Assembly: GCA_030704615.1 (NCBI GenBank)
Contig: CM060734.1
Location: 806,001-870,000, forward strand
Source: Takakia lepidozioides
Lineage: Eukaryota > Plantae > Bryophyta
DNA: 64,000 nt
Direction of reading: 5' to 3'
In this document: positions 1-11,859 of the stretch, one piece after another
Layout: each line of letters opens with the position of its first letter
Numbering within the stretch: position 1 is the stretch's first letter
Notes under the pieces: model-generated
The model's database searches: none
What the model saw: the letters and a program-made list of their open reading frames with translations, nothing else
What the model was told of the DNA's origin: nothing
Position numbers and translations under genes: made by a program

Positions 1-1232
1 TGGCCAAGCTTTTGCTGAATTGAAGCAGCGGATGGCGGAAGCTCCAGTCTTGAAAATCCCGGAGTTCGATCGTCCGTTCGAGATTCATACGGATGCGTCG
101 GACTTCGCGATTGGGGGTGTACTTATGCAAGATGGACGTCCAGTGGCTTACGAAAGTAAGAAACTAAATGAAGTGGAGCGACAGTGGCCGACGCACGAAA
201 AAGAGATGAAGGCGGTGGTGCATTGCCTTGAGCTTTGGCGCCACTATGTTGGTACCAACCCAATGAAGGTGTTCACGGACAATGTTACGGTGAAGTATTT
301 TGCCACGCAGCCCAAGTTATCCCCAAAACAACTTAGGTGGCAAGATACTTTGGCAGTGTTTGACGTGGATATCGTACAAACCGGGACGTGACAATGTGGT
401 GGCCGATGCTTTAAGTAGAAAGCAGCAGCTCATGTTGGTGTACAGGGGCGAGACGGCGCTCCAAAGGAAGATCCGGAAGGCTTGCCGGAAGGATGAGCTG
501 GCGAAGTCCGTGATGCAGGACTTGAGGAGGGGGGTTAAATCGCAGTTCCACTTGCAAAATGGACTGCTCCGGTATAAGCAAAAGCATCTCTACGTGCCGA
601 AGGGAGGGATCAGAGATAGTCTCTTGAGAGAATGCCATGATAGCCCGCTTGCGGGCCACGGCGGAGCCAAGCGCACTGCGGCACTCTTGAAGAAAGAGTA
701 TTTCTGGCCCAAACTGAGGGAGGAGGCAGAGGAGTATGTCAAGACATGCATTACATGCCAACAAAATCGGAGCGAGTACAAAAATCAAGTGGGGCTATTA
801 CAACCCTTGCCGATTCCAGAGGGGACTTGGGAAAACGTCTCGATGGATTTCATGACTGCTATGCCGCTGTCAAAAGGATTCGATTCAATCATGGTGGTGG
901 TGGATAGGTTCAGTAAAATGGGCCATTTCATCCCCATCAAGGAGACGGCAACGGCACAGGAAACATGACGACTTTACTTCGCTCACGTCTTAAAGCATCA
1001 TGGAGTCCCGAAGGATATTGTCTCGGACCGCGATCCAAAGTTTACGAGTAAATTTTGGAGGGCACTTTGGAAGAAGATGGGGACGAGGCTGAAGATGAGC
1101 ACCGCCTTCCGACCTACGACCGACGGCCAAACGGAAAGAATGAATTCCGTAGTGAAGCAGATCTTGCGGAATTACGTGTCGGCAGACCAAACAGACTGGG
1201 TGGAACACTTAGACACGACAGAGTTCTGTTAT
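1..1232 (+). pseudogene. pol: pol fragment (RNase H plus integrase), frameshift near 373, in-frame TGA at 966-968, truncated
   Basis: ORFs 20-391, 300-968 and 1077-1286: HDSPLAGHGG, CITCQQN, SMDF, VSDRD, TDGQTER. Confidence 0.93.
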
Positions 1233-1594
1233 AAGGGGGTTCGAGATGAACCCTTGCGCAAGGTGATGCCAAAAGCGGCATCATGAGCGATCGCAAGCAA
1301 TGTTGTTGCAGTAAGGCGATTCGATCCTCGGGGAGGATCGTTCCTTGGCCTTGAAGTAGGCCAATAAGAGTGCACTGGGAGGAGCTTGAGAGGCTCCATC
1401 CCTGGCCGAGACTTGGAGGAAGTCGGCCGAACTAGCTAGTGGAGAGTAGAGTCAAGTGTGGGGTTTGGTTCTTTGCCATGGGACGCCATGGTACGGAAAC
1501 AAACTCCTTGATGTGGGACGCCACAACTTGGATGTTCGTTTCTACAAAATGGACAAGTCGATGAGGACATCGACTCCCTGTTGGTAGGGGTGTG

Positions 1595-2338
1595 TGTCGC
1601 GGCCCTTTGCCTTGAGGGCAGGGGGTCGGGACACATGAGGGGCTGCCCCTGTGGTGGGGGCAGTGGCAGCAATAGATACGGGGGGCTGAAGCACCTTTGA
1701 GTGCCCAAGGCACTCAAGGAGGCGGAGGTGCTTACTAGGTGGAGCCCCGCACACCGGGATGCGGTGGGGGTGGCTTCACAAAGGGGTGGTGGCTTCATAA
1801 AGGGGTGGTGGTAGCTTAGCGGGACTTAGTGGGGGTGACATAGGACTCACCTTGGGGCGGAGACCTCGTGGTGGGAGTCGTGGGGAGTCTTGGGACTCAT
1901 CACGGTCCATAGGGGCCGTGGTGGATGGGCCAAGACTCACCGCGACTCATCACCGGGAGTCGAGGGTTTTCGTGGTGGTTCGCCATAAATGGCATGGTTG
2001 TTTGTGAAACCCCCGCGGACAGCTATAGAAGTATATATAGGGAGTAGTAACCCCGAGAACGGTGCAAGCCCGTTGGTGACAAAAAACTAGTGAGTAAGCG
2101 AGCGAGCCGGAAGCGACCAAAGAGTGGGGAGCTGTTCCGGACTGCCAACTACCAAAGGGAATTCCCACTGGGCCCAAATCGATGGAGGGTTCTTTGGGAG
2201 ATCAAAGGGGGACCGTTATGCCCCGGTGAGCAGCCGAAGCTCCAAGTTGGCCCGGCGGCCAGGTTGGGAGTTAGGCGCGCGCATCAAAGCGAGTAACTAT
2301 GACTTGAAGGGGAGCTTACCGAAGTGAGGTGCGCGACA
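1595..2338 (+). repeat. 3' LTR of copy C
   Basis: Termini TGTCGCG...CGCGACA form a 7-bp inverted repeat; preceded by PPT; homologous to the LTRs at 22888, 26537 and 32775. Confidence 0.92.
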
Positions 2339-3832
2339 TGGTGAGGGTACTAAGATCAAGTTTGGATGTGGGGGGGTCATGTCTGGGCGAGGATGGGGTA
2401 GGGGGGTCTGTGGGACTGTTTTGTGTGGCTGGAGGGTCGTATCCAGGTATCGGGGTGGTTGCATTGAGTGTGGCGGTAATAATGTCTGTAGAGAGGAATG
2501 AGAATTTGCTAGTGATGTGGTTGTGGTCGTGGTACGATGTGGAGACCGATGCCAGTTGGTCCCCCAGGATATTATGAACAACCCCGGTTTGGGAGTCAAG
2601 TAGTTTGAGGGAAGCATGGATCTCGGCTAAGTAGTGTGGGGGGGCCATGTATTCAATAGAGAGTGGTGGCATCAAGCTTAGTTGGCATAGGAGAGATCGG
2701 ATTTTTGAGATCGAGTGAGAGTTAAAATATCCGTTGCATGTTTCTGGTGGAGGGGAGATGGTTACGACAAGCGAGAAAATGAGTTGTGGGGCGGAGAAAG
2801 TCTTGAGTTTAGATAGGGCTGTAGCAAGTGCTGGGGGGTAGCCCGAAGGTTGTAATATGGTGAGCGGGGGTGTTCTTTGTGTTTTGGCATTTTGGGAGGA
2901 AGGGACTGAAGTGGTCAAGAATATGTCGGTAGCTATGTATAAGAGAGATAGTGTTCAGTTGAAAATATAGGGTATATCTCTCTTGCTCGTCTTCGGATAG
3001 AGTCTTGATAATTTCGGTAATGGTGGGCGGACCGGGGTTAGGGTGAATATCACCACACCTCAGGAGGATTAGGCCTTGGCACGAGTGTACATATGCTTGG
3101 TGAGGGTTAGGGGGGTGATGGTAATAATGTTTAGATTTTGCGGGGAATTTGTAATGTCGGCCGTATGGGCCATGGATGAGGGGATTGATGCATTGGTGCA
3201 CGTGGCGGGTTGTAAGGATGTGGGAGGAGCTGATGAGTGGTAGGGAATTATGGTGGGTAGATTAAGAGAAGGTGGAGCTGGTGGCAGTGCAGTGTGTAGG
3301 AGAAATATATTGGGGGTGGGTTGGTTGGTCGTATTAGGAAACGTTATCATCCACTTTATCTGGTTAGGGAATAGCCTGTGTGGCGGCCCTGTATATAGGG
3401 GCGATATAGCTGTGTTTGTGTAGTGGGTATACATAAGGTGGCGGGGAGGTAGGTGTTGCATATGTGGTGGACTTAGGTGGGATATATTCATCCACGAACT
3501 TTTTATATCCGTTGGTAATGAAATAGATTTAGTGTTTGTATAAGAGGGTATAGTTTGGTAAAGATGATTGGCCAGTAGAGAGATGGGGAGAAGTGGGCCG
3601 TTAGCTTTCCGCGTATACGGAATCTGGGTGACAGACGCAGATGTCATATTATTGGGTTTGAATAAGTTTAGGGGGGTGTTTTTATAAAAGTGGCGGGACA
3701 GGTGTCAAGCGGTGGGTACGGGAGTGACGAGATGGCGGGCGCAGGTAGGCCCTGTACGCGGGCCCCATAGAACGGGTGCGGGGGATGGGGGCTGTCGTCA
3801 GGCAGGGCACAGTGGGTTCTCGAGATGAGGGG
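2339..3832 (-). pseudogene. LINE ORF2 N-terminal region containing the 2A-like motif ILLRCGDIHPNPGP (3028-3069)
   Basis: ORFs 2809-3201 and 2316-2918; ends LDLSTLTM where the other copy reads DLTIISWNV (APE motif I). Confidence 0.8.
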
Positions 3833-4388
3833 TAGGGAATGGAGAAAGAGCCATAAATTGAAAGATTCCAAAGCCCGGGACAATATTCCAAAGCTTGAGA
3901 CAATATTCCATAGCCCAGAACATGCAATGTCTCGGGGTTTTGTTCCTCAAAAAACCACAGGCCTGGGGTATCCTATGGGAATGTAAGGGAACATTTTGTG
4001 GCCAGCAAGTGAGCCTTGGACCCGGGCCTGGGGTATTTCAGGAATCTTTCTAGCCTAGGACAGATTCCTGAAATGATTCTATATCCTAGGCTCGGGCCTA
4101 GGGTCCAGGGCTACCTCATCGTATATACGACTACTATGTATATACATACGAATATAGTATTGTTTCGAGTACGGAGCGGGCTGCTACTGCCAGAACGCGA
4201 AAAGACAGTTTTGTGAAGGTGCGAGCTTGGAGTGCGAGGGAGGAGGAACGCTGGAACCCTGTTGTGTGCTTGCACACAAATCAAGGAATGAGCAAAAGCG
4301 GGATTGTGCCAGACATCATTTTGGAGACGATGCAATCACAGTCTGCATTACCAGGCCGCTTCCCTGTCCTACATCGTCTGGCGCGGAT
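3833..4388 (+). repeat. Left terminal inverted repeat (~556 bp)
   Basis: Reverse complement of 14740-15275 with a few indels; the ORF track shows mirrored translations at 4016-4216 and 14893-15090. Confidence 0.95.
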
Positions 4389-5860
4389 GGCTATGGCCGC
4401 TTGAGAATGCCGAGCAGTGGAAGCCCGTTTCATGGAGGGCGTCGACCTTTTGTCACCGTGACAGCGGTCTTTGGAGGAAGCAAACCAAAAGTTTCAGTTC
4501 CTGACATCTGAATGAGTACACATATTTCTATTTCTCTTGTATGCTCTCATTTTGGATCTGTATCAATGTAGGCTGAATTTTCTACCCGAATGGGTTTTTC
4601 TATGAAAAATCAAGCTTCAGGACAGATAGTATGCAGCAGGGACTTGTCCTCATTGGCCCACATTGAAGGTTAGAGACGTATGGCTGAAAGGGGTGCCGGT
4701 GAGTTGAGGTCTCTGCTGTGGGGCAGAATCTGTTTTGCTGGGTCATCTTAACTCCCTGGACATTTTGGGCATGGTATTTTGAGACGTTGCCCAACGACAG
4801 CTTGAACTAAATCAACGCTCAATCCCCTTCAATCAAAGTGTTTCGCTGAGTGAGGAGGAGCAGCATGTCCTGTGACTAGGGTACACAATTTAAGGGCCCC
4901 CTTTCAGGAAAAGGTGCGAAGTATGTTAAGTTTCAAGTATTGCCTTGTCCTGTTGCTATTTTCAGGTCCCTTAAGCAAGCTCTTTTGCTGACAGGGATTG
5001 CATTTTCTTCTCTGCAGGTGATAGATCAGATGATGGCCAATGCCATTCATGTCTATGCACACAACACTCAGGCACCAAGAATCCTACTATTTTCGCATGC
5101 TATTCAAAAATCTTTTCCCCAAGTCAGTGCCAGTTTGTTGTTATGTTTTTTCACGGACTTCTTTGCATCACATGTCAGTCACAGTTGTTCTTGATTACCT
5201 GGGAATCAACCCCTAGCATTTGTTCTAGGTGACTGTCTGCCAATGGTGCTGCATGGATATCTAAATTTACAACACCGGGGTTTTCCAGCCTTGTGCGAAT
5301 AAGTCTGTCTTATACATAAAAAATTGGACAGGTGTGGACCTGGACAGTTTCTTACATCGGGGTGAAGATTATGGTTTGCAGATGTAAACCAGTCACCCAC
5401 TATTTCCTGGTCGTAACGCTGAATTAAAATAGTGGATTCAGGGTGAGTGGGTATAGATGGAGACACACCCTATGGCACCCAGTTATGGCACCCTAAAGTA
5501 CGCAATAGTTGGCCAATTTTTTCTCTTTTTGGTCCTTTCTGGCTGTACTTTTCTTTTATCTTTGTACATATGTGGGCACTGTCTAACACAGTAGAATGTG
5601 TGTGGCAGCAATCAGCGCGGTTGACAGTGCCAGGAGGGCCAAGTGTGGCGTGCAGTACAGCTGTGGCCATAGCCTGGGATGAGGCATGGTCCAAAAACTT
5701 GGATCCTGGGCAGCTGCAGGTGTGCATGTGGCAGCCTACAGGGATGCGGCTCCTGTGGGAGTTGCAAACAACACCCCTGATGAGATTATAGAAGAAACCA
5801 GAATGCCTCCCCCTCTCTCTTCTGTGGCTTCTGTGTCTTCTGTGGTTCGACATCTGGTAG

Positions 5861-6128
5861 ACGAGATGTGGTCTCATGGAGTGCCATGATTGCAGGATAT
5901 GCTCTGCATGGATGTGGTAGGGAAGCTTTTGATATGTGCAATACAATTATACAGGAAGGGTCATGCCCAATAAGGTCACATTCATCTGCATTCTCAGTGC
6001 TTGTGCCAGCCTGGGAGCCCTGGAAAAGGGCAAAGAGATCCATGCTGACATCATCAAGGCTGGAATGTCATGCTGGAAACTGCCCTCACTGTCATGTATG
6101 CCAAATGTGGGAGGGTAAAGGATGCACG
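5861..6128 (+). pseudogene. PLS-class pentatricopeptide repeat gene fragment (about 2.5 motifs, frameshifted)
   Basis: RDVVSWSAMIAGYALHGCGREAF / MPNKVTFICILSACASLGALEKGKEIHADIIKAG / MYAKCG. Confidence 0.9.
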
Positions 6129-7327
6129 CCCTTAGTGGAAAGTTCAACACTTGGGGTTCCGTTGAGTTGTCATGCTGATGACAAGTTACTTTACTGGAAG
6201 AGGAGGTTTCTCTAAAAGGCCCCGAGTTTTAAACTGTAGTTTTGCAGCTTGAACTTGGGAACTGCATTGATAGGATATTGACTAAATACTCAAAGAAGCT
6301 TCAATTGAGCGGCACCTATGGCTTGAATTGAAATGAAGTTTGTTGGTGAGCTCGTTATGAATGATATGTGATGCCTGCTGCAACGCACATCAAAACTACA
6401 GTTGAACCAGCAACTAACTGCTGTGAGGGGAAGCATCAGGACCACTCAGTGGCAAGCAGAACAAGTGCACTAAATTGCTGTAACTGCATACATCGAAGCA
6501 TTCCAGCAGAGATGCAGTGAAGGAGACCAAGCCATCCATACAGTAAACAAGTCCACGAGTCTTTGTGATTTCCTAATTTTGCAACAGCTGTTTTTGTTTG
6601 TGCAGCAGTGATGTAGCTATTCGACTGGTTGTTACCCTCACAAATCCTTGATGGTGTCTTGTATTTAATGTTTTACCCCGTCATACATAACTATCACATA
6701 CTGAACGTTAGAAGCCTAAACCACAGTTAAGGCTGTTCAGTGGGCACATGGCTGGACATCAAAGCAAAGGAGGCTTGCACCCCCATCACTCAGGGAAGCC
6801 AGGCCACTTGCTGAAATTACCACAAGAGAAGCTGAACAATCAACTAGTCACCCCAATCAACCCTTTAACGATGGAGATGATGGTGAGATACCACAGCACA
6901 AATTTCGCAGCACAATACTTGAAACCGTTCTCAGTCTGCTAACTCCAAATTCATGTTGTAATTTCAGACATACATCTGTTGCTGCAGTTCTTCCCTTCCA
7001 ACTTCCACAGACAGAAAAAATGGTCGCACAACAACAGTAACTCCACAGATCAAAAGTCAAAAGTCAAAAGTCTCAAAAACAAGTATTTAATCAAGAGAGG
7101 GGAGAAAACAGCGTATCACTATCAACCTCTGATTCCAGGGTGCCTGTTTGTTTCAAATCGGGGTCGAGGAACTGGCACCTTGCTCCATCTCCACAAGCAG
7201 CCGGAGAGCCTCATGACTTAAATCAGAATCATCGATCAAATCCAACTGATCCACAGAAACTGCCTGCTGAGATGCCATGTCACAATATCGTGAGAGAAAA
7301 TAATGAAGCTTGTAGCACTCAACACTA

Positions 7328-9546
7328 TCAGGTTGCTCTCCTCCCAACCTCGTAAGCTCTGTCTCGTAGGTCAGCAAAGGCTGGAGTAAGCTCAACTCTT
7401 CTAGCCTGAGGGATGGGTACTGCGCCTCTGGCTCTAATTGCCCGCCACTGTTGATTACCATGTGGGCCCAAATCTTGGGTGCCGATGGTGTTGGGATCTT
7501 CCTCCACATGGGGATCCTCAAGAAGGTGGTCCCTCCATCTGCACAAAAGATGGAATTCTCTTCAATAAAGCCACAAGAAACAATGCCACTTTAATCACTT
7601 TCACAAATGTATGATTTCCATCAAATTCTTACAACCAAAAATTGAACCTTGCATACCCAGGAAGACGTTCGTATTGCCTGAAGTAGCGTGCAGGCACATG
7701 TGAGGCACGGTATCGGCCATTCTTGTTGATCTTGCGCACTCTGTGGAGATTCCACACCTCCACGTACTCATCAACAGCCGCTTGAAGGATTGGAACAAAG
7801 ACTGCAACAAAAGATGCACTCTGCCAATCATCGTCCACATCCAGGAGGCCTTCATTGGCCATAACCTGGAAAGAATTCTTGTAGAAGAACACCACACGCT
7901 CCCATAGTTGGCGCCACCAGTGCTCGATCCTCTACAACCACAAAATCATTATTTGAAGGGTTTTACACACAACTCAACAATGGTTGGGAGGCAGGAACAT
8001 CTCCTAACGTCCAGCCCTAGGGCCCTGAGCTGATAATCTCTTCAAGTAGAAACCCTATAGCTTCTGTAGAGATCCCCACGTCACAAGACAGTGCCTACCA
8101 TTACGCAGTCAGATACCAGATGTCTCCAAACACTGATGTAGGCTTGCTGAGGCCCCAATGAGGCATAGGCTCACCACAGATTGACATGTTCGGATGTTCA
8201 CAGAAGACTGGTGGCAAATAGCAGCCCAAGCTGATCTGGGCTGTTCTTGACTTAACTGTGACTATGAAGACAATGGGGTCTACAACAACAAACTGAACAA
8301 TCCATTGAGCGGAAAACATGCATAATCGTAGCCTAGGAATTAGGCACCCATGTAGGGCAGCCTGCAATTCAAGAGATATCAAACTATGAAATTCTAAGCT
8401 GGACAAATATGAGACCCCTTCCTTTGCTTCTCTCTTTCCTTTTCCAGAAGGGTGCCCATAATTTAATCCGCACACCAAGAACTTGGCAGGTCCCTACAGT
8501 GTAGTAAAACTCTCACTTGCTTTTGATTACTTGCACAGGTGCACAGATCACTGGTGTGGCCATATAAATACATTGTGCAGAAATCAGATACTACTGGCAC
8601 CAAATCCCTTATGCAACCCATATTATAGTCCAAAAAAATACCAGTCAAGGAATGAGAAAGCAAATCCAAAAACAGATAAGAAACTAGGCATGGCTTCAGA
8701 AGGTCTCAAACTTGGTTTTTTGTAGAGGATCCCGTTGCGAACGGGTTGCGAACATCTGTCCGCACAGTTTCCAGGTGTTCTCTGATGAGGCTGTGTTCTG
8801 AATCAAAATCAGAGCGAATCCGCAAAGGTGGCCCGTATTTCGTTACTGCATCCATGTAGCCTACAAAAATGGTCTATGCCCTTTTGTTGTCGGCTACCTT
8901 TGCCCACAACACAAAGTGGGAGGCCCCGTCTATCCCTGCATGTACCCGGATGTTCCCAAACATCGTGAGCTTGTCGTAAGCTGCAGGGACAAACACAAAC
9001 ATGTGCATTTAGTATTACAGTTGAGGTTGATGTGTGGGTTTGGAAACCTCATTACTATACTGATTGCATGGTTTACTCTTTAACTATTGATCCCTTCTTT
9101 CTCTCTCAACACAAACAAGGGACTGAACTTACAATCGATGTGCCACAATGCCATTGGCTTTGTCACATTGTACTGGCCTCTCTGATGAGAGATTGTGCTC
9201 TACGCCTCCGATCATAATGGTACCCAGATATGATCCTCAACGCACAAGCAACTTTCCTTTGAGAAACCCTGATGTCCCTCCTTGCTAGGGCAACCTTGAC
9301 CTGCATAATGCCCCAATTCACCCCATTCTCTTCTGTTGGAACCACCTCTTCAATTTTTCTGCAGAGCTCTTCGAGAGTAAACTCATGATAGGCTTTGAAA
9401 GGGACACCAATAATTTTGGACATTACTCTCTTTAACTGTCTAACATCCTCAAGACCTAGCGCACTTGCAATAGCCTTGAGAGATTCCCCTTCTCGAAGCA
9501 TGGTTCGCATAAAAACTTCCGTATCATCTACAGCAGGCCGCTCCAT
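7328..9546 (-). pseudogene. Intron-containing DDE transposase with integrase-like core (IS3/IS481-related, IS3EU-type); frameshifts near 9175 and 8880
   Basis: Spliced exons ~9546-9133, 8980-8712, 7931-~7653 and ~7538 onward read PMALWHID/SYDKL..VHAGIDGASHFVLW..PLRIRSD..TGSSTKNQ/RIEHWWRQL..WNLHRVR; GT-AG junctions restore the motifs. Confidence 0.88.
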
Positions 9547-10725
9547 GTTTAGGGACACCAATCATCAAGCCAAGTTTGTAAGACCCAAAGCAAAGCAAAG
9601 CAAGCAACATTGTTTAAGCAAAGCAAGGTTGTTTAAGGGTACATCACTAAACGGGTGGTTAGTGACAGAAGGGACAAATCATCCATAATGCTAATGGCTG
9701 CTTTATGAGATACACCGAGTTCTTCTTCCTCAGAGCTCATCCATTCCTCGTCTTCAACAGGAGGCCAGAGTTCTCACTATACCTGAATTCTCCAAACAGA
9801 TCCTATTGTCCAAGGTCTGAACAAGGGTGTGGACTGCAAGAATTGGAGTTGGTAAGGGTAGACAGTACCCTTTATCCTTGAGATGAGTTATCCATACTGG
9901 CTTTTCTTTGTTGTTCTGAGATTCACAAGCACTTTGTCAGTTTACGTATGAATTAATTAGTCATCCTCAAACCAGAGGTAAAGAAAGATTTTGGAAATTG
10001 TAGTCACATTCTGTTTAGTCTTAGTGATCTTGTCACATTAATGCTGTGAAACATCATATATGTGTATCTCTGGTGTTTCCTTAGCCACTGTCGAAAATCA
10101 AAAGCTCATTTCATGGTTTCAACTGCATATCTTGTGTATGTCTTGTTCTCTTTCAGAAACCATGTTGGAAACTTTCATTAAGTGCCTTATGTAGAGTGAT
10201 CACAGCATTTTGGTATAAGCAGAGATACAAGAGTAATTCTTTTGCATAGTCAAACCCTGAATCATGTGACATACAGGTAATCTGTTGGTGTGCCATTTTC
10301 AAGGTAAGTGAGCACATCATATCCCTTTTCTTATCATTATCTTTCCAGGGAATATCCCTATAACTTGTGGCTATTTCACAGTTTCTCAAGACAAGGTGTG
10401 AGAATCCATTTCAATTCCAGATCTCTTAGTGAATCCAAATTAGGCCTATAAAGAATGCCAGAAAAAACCTAACAGTGAAGTATCAAAAGTATCACAAGTA
10501 TCCCTGTCAAGTCATCTGAGTATTCTCCTAAAGGCCAGAGTGGAGGGATCTGAAATTCCTCTCCTAAACGCCAGCCCCTAGCACACCGCTCCTTGTGTTT
10601 GCACTTGTACTCTAATAGCCTTGACTGAACAGGATGGGGATGCTTGTAGCAGGGTCAAACAAACCTCGGGATTCCAGCAAACATACGGAGGCTCATAACA
10701 AGTGTAAGCCCCATCCACACTGAAG

Positions 10726-11859
10726 ATGGCCACTGAGGAGAGTCATGATGAGGTCGTGGGTGGAGCTGGCGGAGCTCCAACCCCTGCACCTGTTCCCCGT
10801 CCCCGAGTGGCTGTATTTCCTACTCCACAGTCTAGAGCACCTGTCTTTCCTCAACAAAATCAGGCCCAAGGGCAAGAATTTTCCTTCCCCCGCAGGTTTG
10901 GATCTTCTAGAGCAGGCTCTTCCTCTAGGCACCTACAGACTCCCAGCCCCAAGCAAGTAACAAGGAGGATATACTTATGGCCACAGTCCACCCAATGGAC
11001 CCATGTCAATGGCATCCCGGTGCCTACTGTTGCTGCCTGGCCATCTGATTTGCCTTCTATTTTGGTGACTCTTTCAACTTCCACTGTCTGGGGAGGGTTT
11101 ATCCACCCAGAGCCCTTCTCTCCACAAAGTGCAGAGTTTCACATTGCCAGGCTTTTCACGACTCCTGCAACTTCAGGCCTTTTTGTCAAGAGGGCAAAGA
11201 GGTCCCGAGGTTCGGGTACTAATAAAAGCTTTCTCTTGGAGCCCTACCGCCGCGAGGCAGGGAAGTTTTGGGGTTCGTTGCCATCACAAGCCTTCGTAGT
11301 CTACTGCCCAGACCCCCGCATAATGCCAAGTGAGGGTATTCAGGCCTACATAGACAGCCTCCGATGCCCTATCAGAGATCCTCGATCTGCACTTGGTTTA
11401 GAGGATGCATTGGAACAGGGGCAGCCCTCTACCCGGCTCCCTCGTGCAAGTACTACAGTTGCAACTCCACGCGGTTCATCCGGTCTTCGAGTAGCAAGAC
11501 CAGCTCAATCTCCTATACCTGAAGCCACAACCAGTTCTTCAGATAGTGACTTTGAGGAACTTCTCCGAGGCCAACCTCGTCAACAGAGAGATGAGCAAGC
11601 TAACGATGCTAATCCAAATCCCAGATTGCCATCCTTCACTGTAGGCTATACAACAACAAGTACGACAAGTACTTTTCCAGCTCCAAGTACAGCGTTGGCA
11701 GACAGGGCGCCATCATTCAGCAAACCAGCAGGCACATCTTCTTTCCTGTGGCCAACTCAATCACGTCGACATACCTCTCAAGCATCTTCATCATCAACCA
11801 ATGCACTAGGGGAGGTCAATGCTCACCTTGAAGGTTTATCCACTCATCTTCTGCTCTAG
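10726..11859 (+). CDS. Uncharacterised 377-aa ORF, divergent from the transposase; probable second gene of the TIR element (may be only the first exon)
   Basis: Long uninterrupted ATG-initiated ORF with P/S-rich flanks and a hydrophobic central segment; no domain recognised. Confidence 0.55.
   Translation: MATEESHDEVVGGAGGAPTPAPVPRPRVAVFPTPQSRAPVFPQQNQAQGQEFSFPRRFGSSRAGSSSRHLQTPSPKQVTRRIYLWPQSTQWTHVNGIPVPTVAAWPSDLPSILVTLSTSTVWGGFIHPEPFSPQSAEFHIARLFTTPATSGLFVKRAKRSRGSGTNKSFLLEPYRREAGKFWGSLPSQAFVVYCPDPRIMPSEGIQAYIDSLRCPIRDPRSALGLEDALEQGQPSTRLPRASTTVATPRGSSGLRVARPAQSPIPEATTSSSDSDFEELLRGQPRQQRDEQANDANPNPRLPSFTVGYTTTSTTSTFPAPSTALADRAPSFSKPAGTSSFLWPTQSRRHTSQASSSSTNALGEVNAHLEGLSTHLLL

Larger units (their letters stand above)
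1..2338 (+). mobile_element. 3' portion of Ty3/Gypsy chromovirus (Galadriel-like), copy C; internal deletion near 1232 joins the integrase to the 3' UTR
   Basis: RNase H ([23 protein letters not shown]), integrase HHCC and DDE core; near-identical to the element at 26537-33507; PPT-like TTGGTAGGGGTGTG at 1581-1594; LTR ends GCGCGACA at 2338. Confidence 0.95.
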
